From: an uncultured Actinomycetota bacterium
GTDB taxonomy: Bacteria > Actinomycetota > Actinomycetes > JAFAQI01
Direction of reading: 5' to 3'
Length of the DNA stretch: 64,000 nt
Assembly (NCBI GenBank): GCA_963770565.1
Contig: CAVYQE010000006.1
Coordinates: 131,395-195,394, forward strand
Below the pieces are notes generated by a model. It had not been told where the DNA came from. It saw only the letters and a list, made by a program, of their open reading frames with translations, and made no database searches. This document shows, piece after piece, positions 9,443-19,482 of this stretch. The translations under genes were made by a program, and so were the position numbers. Each line of letters begins with the position of its first letter. The first letter of the stretch is position 1.

Positions 9443-10996
9443 TCAAGCGCCGGCGCCGGGGTATCCGCCGCCGCCGTGTTCGGCGTCGACGGCGGCCCGG
9501 TCGACGAACCCGACCGCGGTGCGCGGCAGGGCGGCGACGAAGACGACCGAGGTCGGCTTCTTGTACGACGCGATCCGCTGCCGGCAGTGCTCGACGATGT
9601 CGGCCTCGGTCACGTCCGCGCCTTCGCGCGCGACGACGACCGCGCGTACCCGCTGCACCCACTTGTCGTCGGGGATCCCGATGACGCAGACGTCCGCGAC
9701 GCCGGGGTGGGAGCGCACCGCGTCCTCGACCTCGGCCGGATAGACGTTCTCGGCGCCGGACTTGATCATCGCGACCTTCGGCCCGATGAACGTGATCGAG
9801 CCATCGGGCTCCCGACGGCCGAGGTCGTTGCTGTGGTGCCAGCCGTCGCGACTGCGCTCGGTGTTCTCGGTGGTCCGGTTGAAGTACTCGGTCATGACGG
9901 TCGGGCCGCGCATCACGATCTCGCCGACCTCGGACCGGCCGACCTCGTCGCCGGCATCGTCGACAATCCGGATCTGGATCGCCGGCGAGGACCGTCCCGT
10001 GGTGCCGGTGCTGTCGCTGCCGAGACCGCGGAAGGTGGTGAGGCCGATCGCCTCGGTCTGCCCGTAGCCGCCGGGACGCCGGTCCCACGGCGTGCCGTGC
10101 GGCGTGACCATCGTCGTGTGGTGGTCATCGAGGTCCGGGCTGGTCCAGAGGCTGGACAGGTCGTACCGATGGTCGGCGTTGGCCGCGCGGATCGCCTCGG
10201 CGGTCGGCCCCGGGATGAACGCGTGTGTCACGCGGTGGCGCTGGATCAGCTCGCACATCTCCGGCGCGTCCGCCCGGGCGGTGAAGACGTTGAGCCCGCC
10301 GTGGTGCAGCGTGGCCAGCGTCAGCATCAAGGTCGCGATGTGAAAGAGCGGGCCGGCGTTGAGGTTCACCGACGTGTCGGACACGTCGTGGGTCCGGCCG
10401 ATGACCAGGTTCTGCAGGATCAGCCCGCCGTGGGTCAGCAGGGCGGCGTTCGGCCGGCCACCGAAGGCGGCGGTGTAGATCGCGAGGCAGGGCGTGTCGA
10501 ACCGGATCTCGCTGCTGCTGGCCGGCTCACCGGCACCGGACTGCGCGAACGCCTCGTACCCGTCGTCGCTGTCGTGCTGCAACCACAGTGCCTCGTCGGC
10601 GGACACCGACTCGGCGCGAGCCTGCGTCACCATCTCGCCGACCTGTGCCTCCTGCCAGATCGCAACCGCAGGTCGCAGGTCGTCGATGACGAACGCGGTC
10701 TCCTGGGCCGACTGCCGCCAGTTGACCGGGCAGAAGATCGCGCCGACCCGAGCGGCCGCGAGCAGGCTTTCGAGCGTGCGGAACGAGTTCTGGCCGAACC
10801 AGGCGACCCGGTCGCCGAGGCCGACACCGACCCGCGCAAAGGCGGCCGCGAGCCGCTCCACCCGCGCGTCGAACTCCGGATAGGTCAGCACGAGGTCGCC
10901 GTCCGCGACCGCCGGAAAGCCCGGATGGGAGCGAGCCCGTTCTTGCAGGACCTCGCCGAGTGTGAATGAGTGTCGGGCGTCGAAGCTGGTCGTCAT
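9443..10996 (-). CDS. AMP-dependent acyl-CoA synthetase
   Basis: Variant P-loop IYTAAFGGRPN, GYGQTE, MIKSGAENVYPAEVE. Confidence 0.9.
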   Translation of the reverse strand: MTTSFDARHSFTLGEVLQERARSHPGFPAVADGDLVLTYPEFDARVERLAAAFARVGVGLGDRVAWFGQNSFRTLESLLAAARVGAIFCPVNWRQSAQETAFVIDDLRPAVAIWQEAQVGEMVTQARAESVSADEALWLQHDSDDGYEAFAQSGAGEPASSSEIRFDTPCLAIYTAAFGGRPNAALLTHGGLILQNLVIGRTHDVSDTSVNLNAGPLFHIATLMLTLATLHHGGLNVFTARADAPEMCELIQRHRVTHAFIPGPTAEAIRAANADHRYDLSSLWTSPDLDDHHTTMVTPHGTPWDRRPGGYGQTEAIGLTTFRGLGSDSTGTTGRSSPAIQIRIVDDAGDEVGRSEVGEIVMRGPTVMTEYFNRTTENTERSRDGWHHSNDLGRREPDGSITFIGPKVAMIKSGAENVYPAEVEDAVRSHPGVADVCVIGIPDDKWVQRVRAVVVAREGADVTEADIVEHCRQRIASYKKPTSVVFVAALPRTAVGFVDRAAVDAEHGGGGYPGAGA

Positions 10997-11061
10997 CGGT
11001 TCCTTCCGGCCTCGCTATTCCGTATACTCTATCGGTCGACCCCGGCCCGAGAGGCGGCTGC

Positions 11062-12339
11062 ATGCCCAACGACAATCCGGACCGCGAACTATGGGACGAG
11101 TCGGTCCAGAGCGTTGATCCGGCAACTCTTCGGCGTCAAGCCGAGGAGGGACTGCAGGCCCAGTGGGAGCGAGTCTGGGAGTTGCCGCTGCAGTTCTATC
11201 AGGAGCGTTACGAGCGGGCCGGGTTCGATCGCACCCAGATGCCGCCGCTCGAGGACATCCCCCGTACGACGAAGGCCGACCACCGACAGAACGAGGCCGA
11301 GCATCCGCCGTGGGGGACCCATCGAAGCGTGAGCCTCGAGCAAGCGGCCCGGCTGGCCGTCACGACCGGTACGACCGGCAAGCCGTGGATGATCTTCTAT
11401 AGCGCGCGCGATCTCGACACGATGGTCGAGATGCAGTTCCAGCACACCTGGCGGACCGGGGTGCGGTCGGGTGACCACTTCACCCACAGCTGGCCGGGCG
11501 GGCTGTATCCGACCGCGGTGCTCGGCGGGCGGCACCTGCTCGCCCTCGGCATCCTCGAGATCCCGGTCGGGCCGCCGTTCACGCCCGAGCAGGCGGCCTC
11601 ACACGTCGAGCTGTGGCGCGACCTCGGCGTCGACGCGCTGATGTGCACCGGATCGCAGCTGCAGACCTACGACAGCGCGGCCCGTTCGATCGGGGTCGAC
11701 CTGGCCGACATCCTGACCGGCGCCAAGCTGATGTTCCTCGAGGCCAGCTGCCAGATGGAAGGGCCCCGCAAGCGGGTCGAGAGCGCGTACGGCGTACGGC
11801 TGCACAACATCAGCGGGGCCGGCGAGATCCCAGGCTTCGTCACCAGCGACTGCCGGTTCCACACCGGACTGCACGCGCCGGGCAGCAACTACCTGCTCCA
11901 GGTGTGCGATCCCGAGACCGGCAAGCCGGTCGCGCCGGGGGAGCGCGGCACGATGGTCATGTCGATGTGGGGGATGGACGCGTTCTATCTCCGCTACGAC
12001 ATCGAGGACATCGTCATCGAGTCGACCGAGCCGTGCCCGTGCGGGCAGACCGGGCCGCGCTACACCTTGATCGGTCGCGGTGCCGACAAGGCGATCGTGG
12101 ACGGCCGGATGATCCTGCCGCTCGACGTCCAGCTCGCTCTTGACGACCTCGGTGCGCCGGAGTTCGTCCTGAGCGCCGGCGAGCACTCCGAGCTTCAGGT
12201 CCGGGTCGAGTCGGAAGCGGCCAGCGCGGAGCAGGTGCGCGCCGCGCTCGCGGAGCAACTCGGCGTACCGGTCTCGGTCGAGGAAGTGGCGACCGGATCG
12301 CTGCCGAGAGCCACCTTCAAGCCGCGACGAATCGCGTGA
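11062..12339 (+). CDS. Phenylacetate-CoA ligase family protein (PaaK-like)
   Basis: TTGTTGKP, LRYDIED, CPCG, GRGAD. Confidence 0.85.
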   Translation: MPNDNPDRELWDESVQSVDPATLRRQAEEGLQAQWERVWELPLQFYQERYERAGFDRTQMPPLEDIPRTTKADHRQNEAEHPPWGTHRSVSLEQAARLAVTTGTTGKPWMIFYSARDLDTMVEMQFQHTWRTGVRSGDHFTHSWPGGLYPTAVLGGRHLLALGILEIPVGPPFTPEQAASHVELWRDLGVDALMCTGSQLQTYDSAARSIGVDLADILTGAKLMFLEASCQMEGPRKRVESAYGVRLHNISGAGEIPGFVTSDCRFHTGLHAPGSNYLLQVCDPETGKPVAPGERGTMVMSMWGMDAFYLRYDIEDIVIESTEPCPCGQTGPRYTLIGRGADKAIVDGRMILPLDVQLALDDLGAPEFVLSAGEHSELQVRVESEAASAEQVRAALAEQLGVPVSVEEVATGSLPRATFKPRRIA

Positions 12340-13160
12340 GCGCCGTCTTCTGGGTCGACGGTGCGCTGGTCGCCGACGGCGCGCCCGCGTTGCGGCCCGA
12401 TGACCACGGGTTGGTCGGCGACGGCGCGTTCGAAGCGATCAAGGTGCGCGCCGGCAAGCCGTTCGCGATGACCCGCCACATCAACCGGCTCCTGCGCTCG
12501 GCCGGGGCTCTTGGTATCAAGCCGGACCTCGAGCTGATCCACCGCGGCGTGGCCGAGATCGTCCAGCAGGACCTCGCCCGCGCCGGCAACTGCTGGCTGC
12601 GGATCACGGTGACCGGCGGCAGTGCACCGATGGGCACCGGCGGCGTCGGCACGGTGCCGACCGTCGTCATCGCGCTCGCGCCGATGGCGCCGTGGGGCCC
12701 GACCTGCGATGTCGCGATCACGCCGTGGTCGCGCAACCAGAACGCACCGACCGCAGGCCTGAAGACGATCTCGTACGCCGACAACGTGATCGCGCTGCGC
12801 TGGGCGCACGAGCGCGGCGCCGACGAAGCGCTCTTCACCAACACCGCCGGTGTGCTCTGCGAGGGAACTGGCACGAACGTCTATGTCGCCGTCGATGGTG
12901 AAGTGCACACGCCACCGCTGTCGGGCGGCTGCCTGTCCGGGGTGACCCGCGAGCTGTTGATCGAGCACGGCGTGGTTGCGGAAGGCGACATCTCGCCGGA
13001 CCAGTTCCGCAAGGCACCCGAGGCGTTCCTCACCTCGACCAGTCGCGACGTCCATCCCATCGCCACTGTCGACGGCGTACCGCTTCCCACCGCCCCCGGA
13101 CCGCTGACCGTGAAGGCCGCCGAGGCGTTCCGCGAGATCGCCAAGGCCGACGACCCCTGA
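12336..13160 (+). CDS. PLP-dependent aminotransferase class IV (ADC lyase/BCAT/D-AAT-like)
   Basis: GDGAFEAI, HINRL, LKTISY, EGTGTN, CLSGVTR. Confidence 0.9.
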   Translation: MSAVFWVDGALVADGAPALRPDDHGLVGDGAFEAIKVRAGKPFAMTRHINRLLRSAGALGIKPDLELIHRGVAEIVQQDLARAGNCWLRITVTGGSAPMGTGGVGTVPTVVIALAPMAPWGPTCDVAITPWSRNQNAPTAGLKTISYADNVIALRWAHERGADEALFTNTAGVLCEGTGTNVYVAVDGEVHTPPLSGGCLSGVTRELLIEHGVVAEGDISPDQFRKAPEAFLTSTSRDVHPIATVDGVPLPTAPGPLTVKAAEAFREIAKADDP

Positions 13161-13186
13161 CCACGCGCGTCCCGCCCGCGGCTGCG

Positions 13187-13347
13187 ATGGCGGTTTAGCA
13201 ACGCTAGAGCGTGGTTATCCCGCCATGGGCGTGGCCAACCCGCTACGCCGGCGCGGCCCGTGTCCCGCCGTCGGTTTCTATGGCCGTTTAGCAACGCTAG
13301 AGCGTGGTTATCCCGCCATGGGCGTGGACAACCCGCTACGCCGGCGC
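13187..13347. repeat. Two tandem ~68-bp palindromic (REP-like) units, 93-bp period
   Basis: GTTTAGCAACGCTAGAGCGTGGTTATCCCGCCATGGGCGTGG(C/A)CAACCCGCTACGCCGGCGC twice, between convergent genes. Confidence 0.85.
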
Positions 13348-14040
13348 TACGTGTGCGGCCGCAACGCGACCAATCGCCTCGCGAGCTACCCGCTCCTCAG
13401 TCGTCAGGGCGATCGGGTAGTCCGCCGAGAAGAACGTGAGGACCACTGCGGTGTTGCCGACGCGAACGAACACGACATCGGTGTAGATGGGATCGTTGTT
13501 GATACCGCCAAAAATAAGCTCCGTCAGCCGGAGCGCGACCGAGTCGCTGCCCATCGAGGGAAATGTCAGCCGGCTGCCCTCGTTCGGACTGACCACTCGC
13601 GCTTTCGTCCTCAGTACCTTGGCGGCTTTTGCAAGACAGCCGGGTGCGGTCGGCTGATGAAGAAGTGCGAAAGACTGCTCTTGGAGTCTGCTCGTTGCCA
13701 CTATGACGGCCTCGTCGATGGCTTCCAGTGCGCCGGTCGATGGGACGAACGTCGGATCGATCGCAATAACGGAGTCACTCGTGTCCCGGTTCGCCAGCAG
13801 TCCGGCTGGTGCGCGCAGACAGCTCGCGAGTGGGACCAGGAACGCAGCGTCGGGCCTACGCTCCGCGGCCTTGCGGCTCACCTGCCAGCCAGGGGGAAGG
13901 TCGCCGACCTGGAGCAGAGCGCTGTGTGCCGCGGTCCGTGCTGCCGCTACCGGAAACGCTGACGTGCCGCCGCTGTGACAACCGCTGAGAAGGAGCGCGC
14001 AAGCAAGGGCAACGGCGCTGGTCCTCATGTGGCCCCCCAC
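13336..14040 (-). CDS. Hypothetical lipoprotein
   Basis: Signal peptide with lipobox LLLSGC; ALLQVGDLPPGW. Confidence 0.7.
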   Translation of the reverse strand: MGGHMRTSAVALACALLLSGCHSGGTSAFPVAAARTAAHSALLQVGDLPPGWQVSRKAAERRPDAAFLVPLASCLRAPAGLLANRDTSDSVIAIDPTFVPSTGALEAIDEAVIVATSRLQEQSFALLHQPTAPGCLAKAAKVLRTKARVVSPNEGSRLTFPSMGSDSVALRLTELIFGGINNDPIYTDVVFVRVGNTAVVLTFFSADYPIALTTEERVAREAIGRVAAAHVAPA

Positions 14041-14083
14041 GTCGCCGACCCGCGACGGGAAGCTATCGGCTCAGTGCGGTCGC

Positions 14084-14131
14084 GGCGGCCGGTTGGCTGT
14101 CAAAGAGCGCAGCGAGACGGCCATGATCTTG
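14084..14131. repeat. Dispersed 48-bp intergenic repeat, copy 1
   Basis: 38/48 identical to 36746-36793, ends GGCCATGATCTTG. Confidence 0.65.
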
Positions 14132-14132
14132 G

Positions 14133-15005
14133 TCAGAGGCGGTAGGTGCGGGTTGCAGTGTTGACGAAGAGGTCGGTGCGCTCGGTGGGCGACAGGTCGG
14201 CGGCGATTTCGCGGTAGGCGGCGATCAGGCGGGGGTAGTCGCCGAAGAGGCTGTCGATCGGCCAGTTGGTGCCGAGCATGCAACGCTCGGTGCCGAAAGC
14301 ATCGACGCAGCCGAGGAACCACGGCCGGATGCTTGCGACCGACCAGTCCGGATCGGCGCCGCTCGCCAGCGCCGAGATCTTGCACACGATGTTCGGCTCG
14401 CGGGCGAGGTCGCCGATCGCCATCCGCCAGCGGCTGAGGTATTCGGCGTCCCGGGCGACCGGAAGGCCGGCATGGCCGAGGATCACGGTCGTGCCGAGGT
14501 TGCCACGGGCGAGGTCGCGGACGTGCCCGTAGTTCGGCCAGGGCGTCATCACCTCGATCGGCACGCCGAGAGCCGCGACCGCGTTGAAGCCGCGGATCAC
14601 CTCCGGCTGGTCGAGCCGCTCTCCGGCCGGCAGGTCCCGCACACCGCGGAAGATCGGTACGTCGAGATGCCGCCGGGCGGTGTCTGCGGCGTCCGGCGAC
14701 GCGAGGTCGACATAACCGATCGCAGCGTTCGGCCAGCCGGTGGTTTCGTACAGGTCTTGCATCCACCGCGTTTCGATGACCGGGTCGGCTGCTTTCGCGG
14801 CCTGGATGTGCACCACCTTCGTGACATCGCAACCGGCGCTGTCGCGGCGCAGCTCCTCGACCACGTAGTGGTCAGTGGCGATCTCGGGAAGGCGGCCGAG
14901 CCGCGGGTGCGAGAAGCCGGGTTCGAGCCAGGCCCAGCTGAGGCCCTCCACGCTGCGGTCCCAGAAATGCACGTGGGTATCGATCAGTGCTTCCTGATCG
15001 TCCAT
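14133..15005 (-). CDS. Amidohydrolase_2 family (lactonase-like)
   Basis: [28 protein letters not shown]. Confidence 0.9.
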   Translation of the reverse strand: MDDQEALIDTHVHFWDRSVEGLSWAWLEPGFSHPRLGRLPEIATDHYVVEELRRDSAGCDVTKVVHIQAAKAADPVIETRWMQDLYETTGWPNAAIGYVDLASPDAADTARRHLDVPIFRGVRDLPAGERLDQPEVIRGFNAVAALGVPIEVMTPWPNYGHVRDLARGNLGTTVILGHAGLPVARDAEYLSRWRMAIGDLAREPNIVCKISALASGADPDWSVASIRPWFLGCVDAFGTERCMLGTNWPIDSLFGDYPRLIAAYREIAADLSPTERTDLFVNTATRTYRL

Positions 15006-15070
15006 GGAGCAAAAGAGTATCCTCCTTTTCTCGACGAGCTCTGCTCTCGAAGCCCGCGAAGGGGGCCGGT

Positions 15071-16498
15071 GTGATCGTCCGCAACGAGCTGTTCATCGAC
15101 GGCAAGTGGGTCCCGAGCACCGGCGCCGAGACGATCGATGTGATCAACCCGGCCACCGAGGAGGTCTGCGGCCAGGTCCCCGACGGCACGGTCGAGGACG
15201 TGGATCGGGCCGTCCTTGCCGCGCGACTCGCCTTCGACAGCTGGTCGCAACTGCCGGTCGCCGAACGCTGCGACCACCTGCGCGCGCTGCAGGAAGCCCT
15301 CGCCGCCCGGCAGGAGGACATCGCGGTCACGATCGCGACCGAGATGGGCGCGCCGATCGCGATGGCGCGGGCCGTGCAGCTCGGCTTGCCGCTCGCCGTC
15401 CTCGGCAGCTATCTCGCGATGTTGCCCGACTACGAGTTCGAGTCCGAGGTACGCAACTCGCTGATCCTGCGCGAGCCGGTCGGCGTGGTCGGTGCGATCA
15501 CGCCGTGGAACTACCCGCTGCATCAGCTCATGTGCAAGGTCGCGCCGGCGCTCGGCGCGGGCTGCACCGTGGTCGCGAAGCCGAGCGAGGTCGCGCCGCT
15601 GTCGGCGTTCATGTTCGCCGAAGCAGTCGAAGCCGCCGGCCTGCCGCCGGGCGTGTTCAACCTCGTGTCCGGCACCGGAATGGCGGTCGGCGAGCCGATG
15701 GCCCGGCACCCCGAGATCGACATGATTTCGCTGACCGGCTCGGTGCGGGCCGGCCGGCGGGTGAGCGAGCTCGGCGCCGCCACGATCAAACGGGTAACCC
15801 TCGAGCTCGGCGGGAAGTCGGCCTGCGTCGTCCTCCCCGACGTCGACGGCGAGGTCCTCGACAGCGCGATCGAGTCGGCGCTCTACAACGCGTACTACAA
15901 CACCGGTCAGACCTGCTCGGCCTGGACCCGGCTCCTGGTCAGCGCGGATCGTCATGACGAGATCGCCGAGCGGGTAGGAGCGGCCGCCCAGTCCTACCGG
16001 GTCGGCGATCCGTTCGACGAGCAGACCACGCTCGGCCCGCTCGCGTCGCAGGCGCAGCTGAGTCGCGTCCGCGGCTACATCGAGTCCGGCGTATCAGCCG
16101 GCGCGCGGCTGGTCTGCGGCGGCACCGACGCCCCCGAAGGGCTCGGTACGGGCTACTACGTCCAACCGACCGTCTTTGCCGACGTACGACCGGACGCGAC
16201 GATTGCACAGGAGGAGATCTTCGGCCCGGTCCTGTCGGTCATCGCCTACCGCGACGAGGACCAGGCGGCCGAGATCGCCAACGGCACTAGTTATGGTCTG
16301 TCGGGCGGAGTGTGGTCGAGCGATCCGGATCGCGCGAAGGCGTTTGCCCGCCGATTGCGGACCGGCCAGGTCGCGGTCAACGGCGGGAGGTACAACGTGC
16401 TCGCGCCGTTCGGTGGCTACAAGCAGTCCGGGCATGGACGCGAGCTCGGCACGTTCGGTCTGGAGGAATACCTCGAGGTGAAGTCGCTGCAATGCTGA
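15071..16498 (+). CDS. Aldehyde dehydrogenase
   Basis: [32 protein letters not shown]. Confidence 0.95.
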   Translation: MIVRNELFIDGKWVPSTGAETIDVINPATEEVCGQVPDGTVEDVDRAVLAARLAFDSWSQLPVAERCDHLRALQEALAARQEDIAVTIATEMGAPIAMARAVQLGLPLAVLGSYLAMLPDYEFESEVRNSLILREPVGVVGAITPWNYPLHQLMCKVAPALGAGCTVVAKPSEVAPLSAFMFAEAVEAAGLPPGVFNLVSGTGMAVGEPMARHPEIDMISLTGSVRAGRRVSELGAATIKRVTLELGGKSACVVLPDVDGEVLDSAIESALYNAYYNTGQTCSAWTRLLVSADRHDEIAERVGAAAQSYRVGDPFDEQTTLGPLASQAQLSRVRGYIESGVSAGARLVCGGTDAPEGLGTGYYVQPTVFADVRPDATIAQEEIFGPVLSVIAYRDEDQAAEIANGTSYGLSGGVWSSDPDRAKAFARRLRTGQVAVNGGRYNVLAPFGGYKQSGHGRELGTFGLEEYLEVKSLQC

Positions 16499-16522
16499 CG
16501 CCCCGACCCGACCGACGCCGAG

Positions 16523-18034
16523 GTGGCAATGCCTGAGGACTCTCGGCCGGAGACCTTGCTCGATCTGCTCGCGCGTCGCGACGACCATCCGGCGCTGATC
16601 GACCCGACGTCCGGAGCTGTTCTGACGTACGCCGGACTGCATGCGCAGATCCGCGCGGTCGCTGCACAGCTCGCCGGAGTCGGTGTCCGAGCCGGCGACC
16701 GGGTGGCGATCAGCCTGGCGAACGGGCCGGCGCTGGTCGTCACGGTGCTGGCGATCACCGCGTTGGGAGCAGCGGTCGCACCGATCAACCCGGCGCTGTC
16801 CGAGGCAGAGATGCGCGCGGAGATCGAGGACCTCGGCGTCTCGGTCATGGTGCACGGCGCGCCGGCGTCCGAGGCGGCGAGGGCGGCGGCCGCGGCGGCC
16901 GGTGTCTCTGCCTGGGCGATGTCTGCCGACGCCGACGGCGGGGTCGTCATCGAGGGGGCGGCGGCTGCCGATTCGGTCGAGTTGGTGAGTGACCCGGAGT
17001 CGCTGGCACTCCTGCTGCACACGAGCGGGACGACGAGCCGACCGAAGACCGTCCCGTTGCGGCAGCGCAACCTTGCCTATAGCGCGCGCACGATCGTCGA
17101 GTCATACGGGCTCGGGCCGGACGACGTCAGCTATTGCGTGATGCCGCTGTTCCACATCCACGGCCTGGTCGCGGCGACCCTCGCCGCCCTCGCGGCCGGT
17201 GGGACGGTCGTCGTACCACCGAAGTTCAGTGCGACGACGTTCTGGGACGACGTGCACACCTTCGGTGCGACCTGGTACACCGCCGTCCCCACGATTCATC
17301 TTGTCGTCGTCAATACCTGCGCGGACGGGCGGCAGAACGGCCACCACCTTCGCTTCGTGCGCTCGTGCTCGTCGACCCTGCCGCCCCCGCTGTGGCGACG
17401 GTTCGAGGCGGCGGTCGGCGTCCCGCTGGTCGAGGCCTACGGCATGACGGAGGCGGCGCACCAGATGACGTCGAACCCGCTGCCACCCGGTGACCGGCGG
17501 GCCGGATCGGTGGGCGTCGCGACCGGGATCGAAGTCGGCGTTCTCGACGAGCAGTGGCAACCGGTAGCGGCCGGGGAGAGCGGCGAAGTCTGCGTGCGGG
17601 GTCGGTCGATCGTCGATGGTTACCTCGACAACCCCGAGGCCAACGTCGCCGGCTTCCGGGATGGCTGGTTCCGCACCGGCGATGTCGGCACGTTGAGCCC
17701 GGACGGGTACCTGACGCTGGTCGGGCGGATCAAGGAGCTGATCAACCGCGCCGGGGAGAAGATCTCGCCGTACGAGGTCGAAGCCGTGTTGCTCGAGCAT
17801 CCCGCGATCAGCGAGGCGGCAGCTTATCCGCAGCCGGACGAGAAGTACGGCGAGCAGGTCGCGGCCGTCGTCGTTGCGACCGCCGACGTCACTGAGGCCG
17901 ATCTGATCAAGCATTGCGCGGATCGAATGGTGGCCTTCAAGGTGCCGGTCGCGATCGCGGTCAGGCGGGAGATCCCTAAAGGCCCGACCGGCAAGATCCA
18001 GCGGCGGGCGCTTGCGTCCCTGGTCGACACGTGA
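16523..18034 (+). CDS. Acyl-CoA synthetase, oxalate-CoA ligase (AAE3/Pcs60)-like
   Basis: LHTSGTTSRPK, WYTAVPTIH, RFVRSCS, EAYGMTEAAHQMTSNPLP, KELINRAGEKISP. Confidence 0.88.
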   Translation: MAMPEDSRPETLLDLLARRDDHPALIDPTSGAVLTYAGLHAQIRAVAAQLAGVGVRAGDRVAISLANGPALVVTVLAITALGAAVAPINPALSEAEMRAEIEDLGVSVMVHGAPASEAARAAAAAAGVSAWAMSADADGGVVIEGAAAADSVELVSDPESLALLLHTSGTTSRPKTVPLRQRNLAYSARTIVESYGLGPDDVSYCVMPLFHIHGLVAATLAALAAGGTVVVPPKFSATTFWDDVHTFGATWYTAVPTIHLVVVNTCADGRQNGHHLRFVRSCSSTLPPPLWRRFEAAVGVPLVEAYGMTEAAHQMTSNPLPPGDRRAGSVGVATGIEVGVLDEQWQPVAAGESGEVCVRGRSIVDGYLDNPEANVAGFRDGWFRTGDVGTLSPDGYLTLVGRIKELINRAGEKISPYEVEAVLLEHPAISEAAAYPQPDEKYGEQVAAVVVATADVTEADLIKHCADRMVAFKVPVAIAVRREIPKGPTGKIQRRALASLVDT

Positions 18035-19002
18035 GAATCGCCGTCGTCGGCGCGGGAGCGATCGGTGCATATGTCGGCGCCGCCCTGTCGCGCGGTGGCG
18101 CGGATGTCCACCTGGTCGCGCGCGGTCCGCACCTCGAGGCGATGGCCCGTGACGGCGTCGTCGTGCTCAGCGAGCGGGGCGACTTCACGGCTCACCCCGA
18201 GGTCACCGACGACCCGGCCAAGATCGGTCCGGTCGACCTCATCTTCCTTGGCCTCAAGGCATACTCGTACGCCGCCGCTGGTCCGCTGCTCGACCCGCTG
18301 ATGCACGAGCAGACCGCGGTGGTCGCGGCGCAGAACGGCATCCCGTGGTGGTACTTCCACGGCATCGAGGGCCCACTGGCCGGCACCCGGATCGAGACGA
18401 TCGACCCCGGCGGCGCGGTGTCCGACGTCATTGCGCCCGAGCGGGCGATCGGCTGTGTCGTCTACAGCTCGACCACGATCGAGCGACCGGGCGTGATCAG
18501 GCACGAGGAGGGCACCCGGTTCTCGATCGGCGAGCCGGACGGTTCGACGAGTCAGCGTTGCGCGGACTTCAGCGCGGCCATGATTGCCGGCGGCCTGAAG
18601 TGCCCGGTCGAGCCCGACCTCCGGCCGGACATCTGGCTCAAGCTGATGGGCAACATCTCGTTCAACCCGTTGAGCGCGCTGACCGGCGCGACGATGGTGC
18701 AGATCGCGCGGCACCCGCAGGCGCGGGAGCTCGTGGTCGCGATGATGGAGGAGACGCTGGCAATCTCGCGGGCGGTCGGCGCGGAGCCGACGATCTCGAT
18801 CGAGCGCCGGCTCGAGGGTGCGGAGCGGGTCGGCGACCACAAGACGTCGATGCTCATCGATCTCGAAGCAGGCAAGCCACTCGAGCTCGATGTGATCATG
18901 GCTGCACCGATCGAGATCGCCGGTCTCATCGGGGTCGACGTGCCGTCCCTGACCGCGGTGTACGCCGCGATCCGGCTGTTGGCCGACCAGAGGGGGCAGT
19001 AG
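18031..19002 (+). CDS. 2-dehydropantoate 2-reductase family (PanE2/oxalyl-CoA reductase-like)
   Basis: GAGAIG, QNGIPWWYF, WLKLMGN, HKTSMLIDLEAG. Confidence 0.9.
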   Translation: MRIAVVGAGAIGAYVGAALSRGGADVHLVARGPHLEAMARDGVVVLSERGDFTAHPEVTDDPAKIGPVDLIFLGLKAYSYAAAGPLLDPLMHEQTAVVAAQNGIPWWYFHGIEGPLAGTRIETIDPGGAVSDVIAPERAIGCVVYSSTTIERPGVIRHEEGTRFSIGEPDGSTSQRCADFSAAMIAGGLKCPVEPDLRPDIWLKLMGNISFNPLSALTGATMVQIARHPQARELVVAMMEETLAISRAVGAEPTISIERRLEGAERVGDHKTSMLIDLEAGKPLELDVIMAAPIEIAGLIGVDVPSLTAVYAAIRLLADQRGQ

Positions 19003-19005
19003 GCG

Positions 19006-19428
19006 ATGACCGAACCGGCCGCGTCCGGTGTGGGGCGAGTCCCGCTGGTGGACTACCTCGTGCTCGACCCCGAGCCGCACTTGGTGGCCAACGAGTGCGC
19101 GAAATGCGGCGCGCGGTATTTCGATCGCCGCAATGCCTGTGCCAACTGCGGCGGGATCGAGTTCACGGTCACGTCGATCGCGACCCACGGCGAGGTGCGG
19201 ACCTTCACGATCGTGTCGATGGCTGCGCCCGGCATCGACGTACCGTTTGTGGCGGCGGTCGTGGAGTGCGACGGCACGCAGGTGCGCGCCAACCTGATCA
19301 ACGTGCCGCCGGATCCGGAGCACGTGCACCTCGGGATGGCGGTACAGCTCGCGACGTACTCGCTGGGGATCGACGACGGCGGCGTCGAAGCGATCGGCTT
19401 CGGCTTCGAGCCGGAGAGCGCAGCGTGA
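19006..19428 (+). CDS. Zn-ribbon/OB-fold (DUF35) protein
   Basis: CAKC...CANC followed by OB-fold; directly upstream of a thiolase. Confidence 0.9.
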   Translation: MTEPAASGVGRVPLVDYLVLDPEPHLVANECAKCGARYFDRRNACANCGGIEFTVTSIATHGEVRTFTIVSMAAPGIDVPFVAAVVECDGTQVRANLINVPPDPEHVHLGMAVQLATYSLGIDDGGVEAIGFGFEPESAA

Positions 19429-19482
19429 GGTCAATGGAACGGGCGAAAGCAGGATCGGGCTTAGGCAAGGGAGATCGACGAG

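Noticed and set aside
13187-13347. CRISPR array
   Set aside because: Only two ~68-bp units, too long for CRISPR repeats, and no cas genes.
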